Shown here in pieces: positions 1 to 8,218 of a stretch of 64,000 nucleotides of DNA. The notes beneath the pieces are model-generated. The model did not search any database, was not told where the DNA came from, and saw only the letters and a list, made by a program, of their open reading frames with translations. The DNA is from Promethearchaeota archaeon (GTDB taxonomy: Archaea; Asgardarchaeota; Lokiarchaeia; Sigyniarchaeales; SOKP01), in NCBI GenBank assembly GCA_004524725.1, contig SDNW01000001.1, forward strand, positions 2,213 through 66,212, given 5' to 3'. The number at the start of each line of letters is the position of its first letter. Position 1 is the stretch's first letter. Position numbers and translations under genes: made by a program.

Positions 1-89
1 ACGTCATTTTTATCTAACCAGTCTATGAGTGCATGGCAACGTGAACAATTTTCCTTAGTGATTATAATAGGGAGTTTAATTTCAGACAT
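1..89 (-). CDS. glutaredoxin/thioredoxin-fold protein, N-terminal fragment (gene runs off the window start)
   Basis: The reverse-strand ATG at 89..87 opens MSEIKLPIIITKENCSRCHALIDWLDKNDV. This is a beta-strand, a CxxC (CSRC) and a helix, as in Grx/NrdH N-termini. It is cut by the window edge and is too short for the ORF track. Confidence 0.4.
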   Translation of the reverse strand, partial: MSEIKLPIIITKENCSRCHALIDWLDKND

Positions 90-212
90 GATATTTTTAA
101 TATAACTATCAATTATAAAAAATTTTTATCTTCTAAATTATAAGTATATATTTGGTTATTATAGATAACCTATTTAACTAAATGTCATAAAAAAATTATA
201 GTTTTCAAACAT

Positions 213-1256
213 TTAAACCAACTGCTTAATCAACCATCGTAGAGCATTAATAAGTTTTTCATCTTCATTCAGTACATTGATTGAAAAATATTTAAGGACC
301 ATTCCACATTCTTCTAATTCGTCAATGTCGAAATTTTCATATATAAAATCAGGTCTTACCTCCTCCTTATCGTGAAATTTGTTCCCAATGATCATTATTG
401 GCATATACTCGCCTTTATCTAAGCATCTATTTAATACGAGTTGAAACATATCGATGGTATCTTTAATACTATTTCTATCTGATGCATTAAAAATTAATAT
501 GAAAGCTTCAGAGTTATCAAGGCAATAATCATATAGTCCTTTTTGTGTACCGTCAAAATCATTTTCGATGCACTCATAGGTTAGCAACTCAATATTATCA
601 ATAATAAAATCATATACTTTGTTTGTAAGATTCCTTTTTGCTTCACTATCTTTATAATTTAAAAATTGAATTACTTCTAAATTTTTCAATAAAGTCGTTT
701 TACCGGAATTACGAGGACCAAAGACATATATCTTTTTTAAATCTCCCTTACCAGTAATTGGAGTTGCGATATTAATCTTCGGAGTGATTTTCATATAATA
801 TTTATCAAAAACATCCAAGAAATGCTTTCTAAAAGATTTTGAAGCGAATTTCAACGGGTTTTTCCTATTCGAGGCATCCTCTTGAGAATGTAATAACGCG
901 GTTAACTCCTTATTGGATTTCAATTCAGATGCAAACTCCTGTAATTCACTTGATTTTGATAATAAATAATTATAGATGTCGGTAATTTCATCCCGATAAT
1001 ATGCCGCACGAATCATATACGATATCATCAGTAAATCTTTCCCTCCTCGAGCAATTTCTGAATCGATATAAAAGATATGGTTAATGGTCTGATATTTTCG
1101 ATACGCAAAGATGAAAGTACCCTCTTCCTCTTGGAATTCAAGTATTCTTCCTAAATCCGGGTGCTCATTTTTCACGAGGGGAGTATTACAATAAAATGTG
1201 TTAGGACCTAAGACTGTATCAAAATAACTCAAACAGAGAATTGATTCATCTGGCAT
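213..1256 (-). CDS. Ras-superfamily small GTPase domain (C-terminal) fused to an unassigned ~165-aa N-terminal alpha/beta domain
   Basis: The P-loop is GPRNSGKTT, the switch II-like segment is FDGTQKG, and the G4-like segment is IIGNKFHD. The N-terminal half (MPDESILCLSYFDTVLGPNTFY...) carries no nucleotide-binding motifs. Confidence 0.7.
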   Translation of the reverse strand: MPDESILCLSYFDTVLGPNTFYCNTPLVKNEHPDLGRILEFQEEEGTFIFAYRKYQTINHIFYIDSEIARGGKDLLMISYMIRAAYYRDEITDIYNYLLSKSSELQEFASELKSNKELTALLHSQEDASNRKNPLKFASKSFRKHFLDVFDKYYMKITPKINIATPITGKGDLKKIYVFGPRNSGKTTLLKNLEVIQFLNYKDSEAKRNLTNKVYDFIIDNIELLTYECIENDFDGTQKGLYDYCLDNSEAFILIFNASDRNSIKDTIDMFQLVLNRCLDKGEYMPIMIIGNKFHDKEEVRPDFIYENFDIDELEECGMVLKYFSINVLNEDEKLINALRWLIKQLV

Positions 1257-1599
1257 TTTGTATTAGAAGGATATAATTTTACTTAACTTATATAAAAGAT
1301 AGTATTAGTTTTATATTAAACTGTGAAACAAAGATAGTAATTTAATTTGTAAAATTTCCATTTCTACCAGGAAAAACGAAAGTGTGGTTCTTATTTGCCC
1401 TAATTTGGAGCATAGTTGGTGGTTTTATAGCTTTAGTTCTGTTTATAATTAGAAGATCTCAAAAAGAATAAATGTGGCTATAATTCTTAATACTTTAAAC
1501 AAAAACATCTTTTTTTTCATTTCTTTTTCTTATGCTTCAACGAAATATGTAATAATTTATAAAACGCAAATTTTAATTTTCTTACACTCTCTCAAAGAT

Positions 1600-2049
1600 A
1601 TGGATTCTAGTACTCAAAAGATAGATTTCAATAACGCAATAAAAAATTTATTCCATGGAGAATTAATGGAACGAGTTGCTGCAGCAAAACAACTTGGCGC
1701 TCTGAAGGATGGTAGAGCTACTAATTTATTAATAAAGGCCCTAAAATCAGAAAATGATGGAATTGTTGTGAATCGAATCATTGAAGCATTAGGAGATATC
1801 AAGAATGCAAAAGCGACCATCCCTATTACTGAATTCTTAAAGATCGAAACTCAAAAGCCAGAGGAGGAACAAGACAAAGCGAGAATATTTTTAATCATTG
1901 AAAGTCTAATGAAAATAGGAGATAAACGTGCTTTAGCTCACCTTGGCATATTATTGAATTCATGCCATAGCGATATCCAGAAATTAACAGAAGAAGCATT
2001 TGAGTGCATCGATCCCAATTGGAAAGATAATATTAAAAATGTGGTATAA
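1600..2049 (+). CDS. HEAT (PBS-lyase type) repeat protein
   Basis: HEAT-like units recur: ERVAAAKQLGALKDGRATNLLIKALKSENDGIVVNRIIEALGDI and GDKRALAHLGILL. The track ORF starts at 1474, but that hydrophobic AT-rich leader looks non-coding. The internal ATG at 1600 (MDSSTQK) is preferred. Confidence 0.6.
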   Translation: MDSSTQKIDFNNAIKNLFHGELMERVAAAKQLGALKDGRATNLLIKALKSENDGIVVNRIIEALGDIKNAKATIPITEFLKIETQKPEEEQDKARIFLIIESLMKIGDKRALAHLGILLNSCHSDIQKLTEEAFECIDPNWKDNIKNVV

Positions 2050-2084
2050 TCTAATAACCTATAGCTCTATGAAAGTGATTGTAA

Positions 2085-2408
2085 ATGAATGAATTCCCAG
2101 AGTTTATAAAAGAATTATTTGAAGAAGTTGACGGAAAAAACGATAAACAAGACGTTTCAATCTTTACCATTTCTACTTGCCAATGGTGTAAACGCTGTAA
2201 GGCCTACCTTAAAGATAGAGATATCAAGTATAAATATATCGATGTTGACAATATAAGTTTTGAAGAAAAGTCAAAAATATTACAATTTTTACGGGAGAAT
2301 TACAAACCTGATAGAATCGCTTATCCCTTCTTAGTCTGCGATGATAAATTCGTGGTGGGTTACGATCCAAACCAATATGAAGAATTAATGAAATCGGAGG
2401 AGAAATAA
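2085..2408 (+). CDS. glutaredoxin-like protein (CxxC = CQWC)
   Basis: VSIFTISTCQWCKRCKAYLKDRDIKYKYIDVD is a Grx fold signature. A GTGA lies 6 nt before the ATG. The stop is 1 nt from the next gene's ATG, which suggests translational coupling. Confidence 0.7.
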   Translation: MNEFPEFIKELFEEVDGKNDKQDVSIFTISTCQWCKRCKAYLKDRDIKYKYIDVDNISFEEKSKILQFLRENYKPDRIAYPFLVCDDKFVVGYDPNQYEELMKSEEK

Positions 2409-2409
2409 G

Positions 2410-2787
2410 ATGGATATGTCAACAAAAGAAGGAATGAAAGAGTATGTGGAGCGGGTAAGTAAGAAGAATGAATGGATTCTGAATATGGATACCAATACGT
2501 TCAACAACTTAATAGATGGTTTGGTTGAAAATTTCGAGAAATATGGATATCAATCTTGTCCTTGTCGTTTAGCATCAGGTAAAAGAGAATTAGACCGAGA
2601 TTTAATTTGTCCCTGTAATTATGCTCCTTTAGATGTCAAGGAACATGGCGCTTGTTATTGCAACTTATTTATGCGCAATGATTTTTATGAAACAGTTAAA
2701 AAAGATTATGTTATTGTTCCCGAACGCAGACCTATAGAAAAAGAAAATGCAGTTTTAGAATATTTTAATGAAAAAAATAAGGACTGA
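2410..2787 (+). CDS. ferredoxin:thioredoxin reductase catalytic-subunit-like protein (FTR/FDR family)
   Basis: The Cys pattern CPC-x16-CPC-x13-CYC (SCPCRLASGK...LICPCNYAPLDVKEHGACYCNLF) matches the FTR catalytic subunit 4Fe-4S/disulfide motif. It is paired with the upstream Grx-like gene. Confidence 0.8.
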   Translation: MDMSTKEGMKEYVERVSKKNEWILNMDTNTFNNLIDGLVENFEKYGYQSCPCRLASGKRELDRDLICPCNYAPLDVKEHGACYCNLFMRNDFYETVKKDYVIVPERRPIEKENAVLEYFNEKNKD

Positions 2788-2948
2788 ATTTTTAATTTTT
2801 TTTTATAAATCTATTTTTATTTCAATTTTTTATTAATAGTTAAGGATTGGTATCTCAATAATTGTTATGTTTTTTTCAGTTCTAATTTATTTTATATTTT
2901 CTAATAAGCGGTTTTACGGAGAGATTTTTTATTGATTAAAGAGATCAA

Positions 2949-2957
2949 TTTTAAATA
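2949..2957 (+). promoter_or_regulatory. candidate archaeal TATA box upstream of the rhodopsin gene
   Basis: TTTTAAATA lies about 26 nt upstream of the ATG at 2983, and no SD motif lies between them. This is compatible with a leaderless or short-leader transcript. Confidence 0.3.
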
Positions 2958-2982
2958 GTTTTGTATTTAGTTAGTCCATAAT

Positions 2983-3588
2983 ATGGAGGAAATAATTTTT
3001 TACATAGGAGCGGGGGTATTTACCCTCACCAGCATTACATTCTTTCTTTTAAAAAAAAAGAATCTTGAAGTTGCTTCCCTCAACATGATTGTAAATTTCG
3101 TAACTATTGCTTCATATCTTCTCATGGTGAGTGGATTATTTGTGGCTTCTGCGGTAAGTGGCGATTCGATATATTGGACAAGATGGGCATTCTATGCAGT
3201 AAGTTGTTCATTCTTGATGGTCGAAATTTCTATGCTTCTTAGTATAGATAAAAGCATTAAATTGGAAATTATTGTGTTTAACTGCTTGGTCATGATAACA
3301 GGATTGCTTGCCAGTGTATCGGAAGGGATTATTAAATGGCTATTTTTCACGCTGAGTTCTGTAGCTTATCTATATGTACTTTTTCAAATAATCAAACATC
3401 GATCCAATGAAAAATTTATTGTAGCTTTTGTCGCGATCTTTTGGTCTGGATTTCCAATAATTTGGATATTATCACCTGCGGGATTAATGCTAATAGATGC
3501 ATTTTGGACAGCCTTGTTTTACCTAGTACTTGACTTGATTACAAAGGTGTATTTTGGATACCATACAACGTTGAAATTTTCTAAATAA
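2983..3588 (+). CDS. microbial rhodopsin of the schizorhodopsin type (retinal-binding, 7-TM)
   Basis: The 201-aa protein has seven hydrophobic segments. Helix C, YWTRWAFYAVSCSFLMVE, gives R67, F70, S74 and E81 (an FSE triad in place of the bacteriorhodopsin DTD). Helix G, LVLDLITKVYFG, gives D184 and the Schiff-base K188 (AAG at 3544..3546). Confidence 0.85.
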   Translation: MEEIIFYIGAGVFTLTSITFFLLKKKNLEVASLNMIVNFVTIASYLLMVSGLFVASAVSGDSIYWTRWAFYAVSCSFLMVEISMLLSIDKSIKLEIIVFNCLVMITGLLASVSEGIIKWLFFTLSSVAYLYVLFQIIKHRSNEKFIVAFVAIFWSGFPIIWILSPAGLMLIDAFWTALFYLVLDLITKVYFGYHTTLKFSK

Positions 3589-3597
3589 AAATAATTC

Positions 3598-3607
3598 TTT
3601 TTTTTTT
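3598..3607 (+). terminator. oligo-T tract downstream of the rhodopsin gene (candidate archaeal terminator)
   Basis: A T10 run starts 10 nt after the stop codon. Archaeal RNAP terminates at oligo-T tracts. Confidence 0.3.
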
Positions 3608-3764
3608 AATTAATCATCATTAGCTACTATAAGATTAAGTGAGTTTCCATTCCCATATTCTTGTACAGATGTTTTATTTAAAAATTATGTTGAATCTTCT
3701 TCAGTAAGACATCTTTATAGAATATAAACTATACAGATAAATATCGCTTTTCAATACTACTTAT

Positions 3765-3923
3765 ATGCCAGATAATGAAATGACTGAAGAGGAGTTAGAA
3801 GAGGAGTTAGAAAAGGCTATTAAAGATAATGAACCGAAAAGAGATAATTGTGGCACTCCAATTCCAACCAATCGAGAAGTCGGCATACAAAGAACTGATG
3901 TTAAAATAAAAAAGGATCAATAA
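3765..3923 (+). CDS. hypothetical small acidic protein (52 aa)
   Basis: The ATG-initiated ORF reads MPDNEMTEEELEEELEKAIKDNEPKRDNCGTPIPTNREVGIQRTDVKIKKDQ in an otherwise empty 450-bp gap. It has no recognisable domain. Confidence 0.2.
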   Translation: MPDNEMTEEELEEELEKAIKDNEPKRDNCGTPIPTNREVGIQRTDVKIKKDQ

Positions 3924-4034
3924 TAATTTTTTTTATATTTTATTTTCAATTTATTATCGTTACTATTCTAACTTTTATAGGTGGTTTAAATAAAGCAGCG
4001 AATAGAAGGAAGAAAAAACTATCCTACAGATGAA

Positions 4035-4973
4035 GTGGATCCTAAGAATTTTCTCAGTGATGATGAAGTAAAAGCCTTAATTGAAAAAAAGGACGAGTTT
4101 GTTTTTCAGCAAGATGATTATTTTAAACTTTATAATTGTGTGCATTGTGGTGAATGTGATACTGAGATCGAACGGATGGAGTTAAAAGAAAAGTTTCTAA
4201 ATGATGGAAATACTTTTGAGGATCATAAAGCAATGGTAGAATGTTTTGAAAAATATCGTTCCCCTTATCCCACTAATGAAATGCGCATTAAAAAACCAGA
4301 TGGAATTCCAAAAGAATCTGATACACTTTTCTTTATGGGTTGCCTTTCAACAATCAGAATTCCAAGATATACTGAACACGCATTGCAATATCTTTTAAAA
4401 GAAAATATCGATTTCACAATTCTTGATAAGGAAATATGCTGTGGCTGGCATCTAATTTCCTCAGGTTTAACTAAGGAATTTAATGTATGCAGACGAGAAA
4501 ATATTGAAATTTTTAAAAGATATAAAAAGATCATTTGCTTATGCCCGGCGTGCTATTTCTTGTTTAACAAATATTATAAAATAAAGATGAAAACCAGCAT
4601 TCAAATTGACTATATCAGTGATTATTTGAAACCTTCAAAAACAAAAAAAGAAGGGTCTGTTGCTATTCAACACTTATGTCAAATTAAGAACCGCGGAAGA
4701 GAGGGTGTTGATAGATTTGTAGAAAAGCTGTTGGAAAAGAGTGGATATTATGTAAAAAGCGTTCCCCACTGGTGTTGTGGAGGAGGAACTGGTTGGTTGA
4801 ATCGAACGGATGTTATTGAGGCAATTGCGAGAAAAAGGATGGGAGATTTCGATAATGCGGGAAGTGATTATGTAACAACTTATTGCCCATCTTGTTGGTG
4901 GATTTTATATAGATTTGGTAAGAAATGCAAGATAAAACCAGAAATTCGGGATCTATTTGAACTACTTCTTTAA
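4035..4973 (+). CDS. CCG-domain Fe-S oxidoreductase (HdrD/GlpC/LutA-like), copy 1
   Basis: There is a ferredoxin-like CVHCGEC motif and two cysteine-rich CCG-type motifs (EICCGW and HWCCGGGTG, plus CPACY and CPSCW). It is a paralog of the next gene. The reading frame is open back to 3990, where an ATA follows AGGTGG (see findings). Confidence 0.7.
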   Translation: MDPKNFLSDDEVKALIEKKDEFVFQQDDYFKLYNCVHCGECDTEIERMELKEKFLNDGNTFEDHKAMVECFEKYRSPYPTNEMRIKKPDGIPKESDTLFFMGCLSTIRIPRYTEHALQYLLKENIDFTILDKEICCGWHLISSGLTKEFNVCRRENIEIFKRYKKIICLCPACYFLFNKYYKIKMKTSIQIDYISDYLKPSKTKKEGSVAIQHLCQIKNRGREGVDRFVEKLLEKSGYYVKSVPHWCCGGGTGWLNRTDVIEAIARKRMGDFDNAGSDYVTTYCPSCWWILYRFGKKCKIKPEIRDLFELLL

Positions 4974-4983
4974 ATTTTAACCT

Positions 4984-5979
4984 ATGAGCGAAGATTATAA
5001 ATGTCCTTGTAAAGAGATCGACCCTGAAAATTTTCTATCAAATGAAGAGGTTCTTGAGTTATTATCTAAAAAAGATATTAATTTTAAAGAACAAGACTAT
5101 TATAAGATTTTCAATTGTATTCACTGTAACGCATGTGGCACTTCTGAGGAAAGATTTCTATTAAAAGAGAAATTTCTTAAACATGGATATAAGATCAAAG
5201 GTTTAAATCAAATCTTATCCAATTTTGAGAAATTTAAGAGTCCTTTTATTCATAATAAAAGTCGAGTTAAACTCATTGAGGGTATTCCTTCAGAAAGTAA
5301 TACTTTACTTTATCTAGGGTGTTTTACTACTGTCAAGACACCAAAATATGCCGAAAATATAATTAGATATTTATTAAAAGAAAAGGTTGATTTTTGTCTC
5401 TTAGAGGATGAGATTTGTTGTGGATATCCTATCCTATGCATGGGTAAAATGAGTGTATATAATAAATTTGTAAAAGAGAATCTGCAATTATTTAAATCTA
5501 AAGGATTTAAAAGAATCATTACTGTATGCCCTAGTTGCTATATGGTATTTAAAAAACATTATAGCGAACATGGAATCAAGGTGAATTACTTTACCGATTA
5601 TTTAAAACCTGCAGATCCTAAAAAAAAAGGAAATCTTATTATTCAACATGCATGTCCATTAAAGAATGGAGAAATTCCTGGAATTGCCGATGATCTAGAA
5701 CAATTGTATCGTGAAAGCGGTTATAATGTATTGGATGAAGTTCCAAGAGATTGTTGCGGATTTGGTGTCGGTCATCAATTAAGAGTGGATATATCTGAAG
5801 CTATTGCGATGAGGAGAATGAAAGATTTTACTGAGGAGAGTGGATATATTCAAAACTTAAAAGGTGTAGATAATTTTATTACAAGTTATTGTCCAGATGC
5901 TTTCTGGGTCTTGAGAGCTTATGGTCGAAAACAAAAAATCCCTTTCAAAGTTAAAGATATGTGCGATCTATTAATGTAA
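4984..5979 (+). CDS. CCG-domain Fe-S oxidoreductase (HdrD/GlpC/LutA-like), copy 2
   Basis: It has CIHCNAC, EICCGY, DCCGFGVG, CPSCY and CPDAFW, and is collinear with copy 1 along its full length (tandem duplication). Confidence 0.75.
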   Translation: MSEDYKCPCKEIDPENFLSNEEVLELLSKKDINFKEQDYYKIFNCIHCNACGTSEERFLLKEKFLKHGYKIKGLNQILSNFEKFKSPFIHNKSRVKLIEGIPSESNTLLYLGCFTTVKTPKYAENIIRYLLKEKVDFCLLEDEICCGYPILCMGKMSVYNKFVKENLQLFKSKGFKRIITVCPSCYMVFKKHYSEHGIKVNYFTDYLKPADPKKKGNLIIQHACPLKNGEIPGIADDLEQLYRESGYNVLDEVPRDCCGFGVGHQLRVDISEAIAMRRMKDFTEESGYIQNLKGVDNFITSYCPDAFWVLRAYGRKQKIPFKVKDMCDLLM

Positions 5980-6129
5980 TTCCAAATTTGTCATTTGAAA
6001 ATCTATTTTTTAAAATTAATTATGATATAATCAAGGTTTTACTATTATTTTTATAATTTAAACGAATAAATATTTTAAAAGTTCCTAGTCATATTGAAAT
6101 TAGATTAACCAGATTTGGGTGTTATTATA

Positions 6130-6822
6130 ATGTTATTTTCGAAAAATGAATTAAATAATGTTAAAAGAGAAATGAGTAAGCTAAAAAACAAAGTAGTCCT
6201 TAAACTGTTCACAGATTTCAAAACCCAAGAAGACGGTTCTAAGTTAAGAATGTGTATGTCCTGTGAAGGTACATATGAATTACTAAGATCATTAGAGGAA
6301 TTGTCAAATGGCAAATTATTTATCGAGGAATTATCAATAGAAGAAAATCTTGATGAGACAAAAAAGTATGATATTAAGAGGATTCCTGCAATTCTTTTTG
6401 TGGATGATGAAGGAAGAGAAATAATACGATACTCTGCTTATCCCACAGGATCGGAACTAGTCCCATTTTTAAATAGCATACAATATTTTTCTGGCATAAG
6501 ACCTTTTTATGCTGATCAGATACTTACACACTTGAAAAAAATAGGGAAGTCAAGCATGAAAATATTTATTACTCCTACGTGTCCCTATTGTCCAGCAACA
6601 GTCCCTGTTCTAACATTATTTGCAATAGTATCAAAGGGTAAAATATCAGCTGAAGTTATTGATGTTAATTTAAATCCGGATATCGCCATGAAGTATCAAG
6701 TCCAAGGCGTACCTCATACCATTATAAACGAAAAAGATCACATATACGGAATGTTCTCTCCACAAGATTTATTAGATAAACTTACGAAAGGAGAGAGAGA
6801 TTTTGGGGGAATGTATGCTTAA
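6130..6822 (+). CDS. protein disulfide oxidoreductase (two-thioredoxin-fold PDO, Pyrococcus/Sulfolobus type), copy 1
   Basis: The N-unit CxxC is CMSC and the C-unit is CPYCP. The length and the two-unit layout match archaeal PDO. ATG 6130 is preferred over the track's TTG 6115 because GGGTG lies 8 nt upstream and the N-terminus then aligns with copy 2. Confidence 0.75.
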   Translation: MLFSKNELNNVKREMSKLKNKVVLKLFTDFKTQEDGSKLRMCMSCEGTYELLRSLEELSNGKLFIEELSIEENLDETKKYDIKRIPAILFVDDEGREIIRYSAYPTGSELVPFLNSIQYFSGIRPFYADQILTHLKKIGKSSMKIFITPTCPYCPATVPVLTLFAIVSKGKISAEVIDVNLNPDIAMKYQVQGVPHTIINEKDHIYGMFSPQDLLDKLTKGERDFGGMYA

Positions 6823-6843
6823 TTTTTTGAGGTGATTTGATAG

Positions 6844-7527
6844 ATGTCCCAAGATGAGAAATATCGAGAAATAATTAAGAAAGAAATGACTAAGTTGACC
6901 AAACCTGTAAAGTTAAAAGTGTTTACCTCTCAGAGTGCAAAGCCAGACGGTACAAAAATACGCGCATGTATGGATTGTGAGCAGTTTATGTCATTATTGA
7001 GAATCTATGAAGAGAATTCTAACGGTTTATTAACTATAGAAGAACTCTCTATAGATGAAAATCCGGATTTTGCAAAAAAATATGATATACAGAGAGTTCC
7101 AACGATATTATTTATTGATAAAAATGGAAATGAACTTATCCGATATCTAGCTGCACCTCAAGGGGGAGAAATTCAACCCTTTATTCAAGCTCTTTTTACT
7201 TTTGCAGGCGCTCCTAACTATTATGAAGCGGCTATAAAACAGAATATAAGTAGAATATCCCCAGCCACTATTAAGGTTATGATTACAAACTCATGTCCAT
7301 ACTGTCCTCAAGTAGTATCTATCAGTAATCAATTTGCTCTAGCAGCCGAGGGAAAAATTCGAACAATCATTATTGATATTTTAACAAATCCGGATATTGG
7401 TCAATATTATGACGCTGCTGGAGTCCCTTATACCATCATAAACGATAAAAAGACATTAGCCGGTATGGTTGGTCCAAATGAGATAATAAGAGAACTTATT
7501 GGGAGCAACATCCGTATGCAATACTAA
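6844..7527 (+). CDS. protein disulfide oxidoreductase (PDO), copy 2
   Basis: The N-unit is CMDC and the C-unit is CPYCP. GAGGTGA lies 8 nt upstream of the ATG. It is collinear with copies 1 and 3. Confidence 0.75.
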   Translation: MSQDEKYREIIKKEMTKLTKPVKLKVFTSQSAKPDGTKIRACMDCEQFMSLLRIYEENSNGLLTIEELSIDENPDFAKKYDIQRVPTILFIDKNGNELIRYLAAPQGGEIQPFIQALFTFAGAPNYYEAAIKQNISRISPATIKVMITNSCPYCPQVVSISNQFALAAEGKIRTIIIDILTNPDIGQYYDAAGVPYTIINDKKTLAGMVGPNEIIRELIGSNIRMQY

Positions 7528-7544
7528 TTTATAAGTCTATTTAA

Positions 7545-8198
7545 GTGAAAGTGAGATCAGTGCCCGTTTCTTATATTATTGAAAAAATGATTAAGCAAGA
7601 ATTGGCGAAACTCAAGCAACCTGTTACGATAAAATTGTTTATTGATGAGAGTAAAGAATTAGAAACCAAAAAAACCTTATCAATTCTTAAAAGTTATAAA
7701 GAAAATTCGAATAATAAGTTAAATTTAGATATAATAACTTTAGGTAAAGGTACAGATCTTATAGAAAGATATCAAATTGAGAGATTTCCGACTATTTTAC
7801 TTATTGATGCTGAAGGAAATGAATGTATTCGATACCTAGCAGCGCCTCAAGGAAGTGAAGTGAAACCTTTTATTCAATCACTTCAAGTTTTATCTGGTAG
7901 AAAAAATTATTATGAAGAAACACTAAAAACAAATTTGGATAATACTAAGACTTCAACAATTAAAGTGATGGTCACAAAGTCATGTGCTTACTGTCCAGAA
8001 TTGGTCAATATGGTATCGCAGTTTGCATTGGGATCGTCCGGTAAAGTTAAGGCGGAAATAATTGATATCTTAGAAAATCCTGACATTGGTGATCACTATA
8101 ATATTGAAACTGTTCCTTATATTGTAATTAACAATGGAGAGCCATTAATAGGATTAATTAGCCCAAATGAATTATTGGAAAAAATTTTAAAAGTTTGA
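7545..8198 (+). CDS. protein disulfide oxidoreductase (PDO) paralog, copy 3, N-terminal CxxC lost
   Basis: The C-unit CAYCP is retained. The position equivalent to CMSC/CMDC reads KKTLSILKSY, with no Cys. The start codon (GTG 7545) is uncertain. Confidence 0.7.
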   Translation: MKVRSVPVSYIIEKMIKQELAKLKQPVTIKLFIDESKELETKKTLSILKSYKENSNNKLNLDIITLGKGTDLIERYQIERFPTILLIDAEGNECIRYLAAPQGSEVKPFIQSLQVLSGRKNYYEETLKTNLDNTKTSTIKVMVTKSCAYCPELVNMVSQFALGSSGKVKAEIIDILENPDIGDHYNIETVPYIVINNGEPLIGLISPNELLEKILKV

Positions 8199-8218
8199 AC
8201 AAAGAATGAGATGAAAAT

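Noticed and set aside
1382-1471. 29-aa hydrophobic mini-ORF (GTG start, MWFLFALIWSIVGGFIALVLFIIRRSQKE)
   Set aside because: It forms a plausible single TM helix, but it is too short, has no SD or promoter evidence, and could arise by chance in AT-rich DNA.
2983-3588. Outward proton-pumping bacteriorhodopsin/proteorhodopsin or heliorhodopsin
   Set aside because: The positions equivalent to the BR D85/T89/D96 triad are F/S/E, so there is no carboxylate at the primary acceptor position. The short 201-aa length and the D-x3-K in helix G also fit schizorhodopsins.
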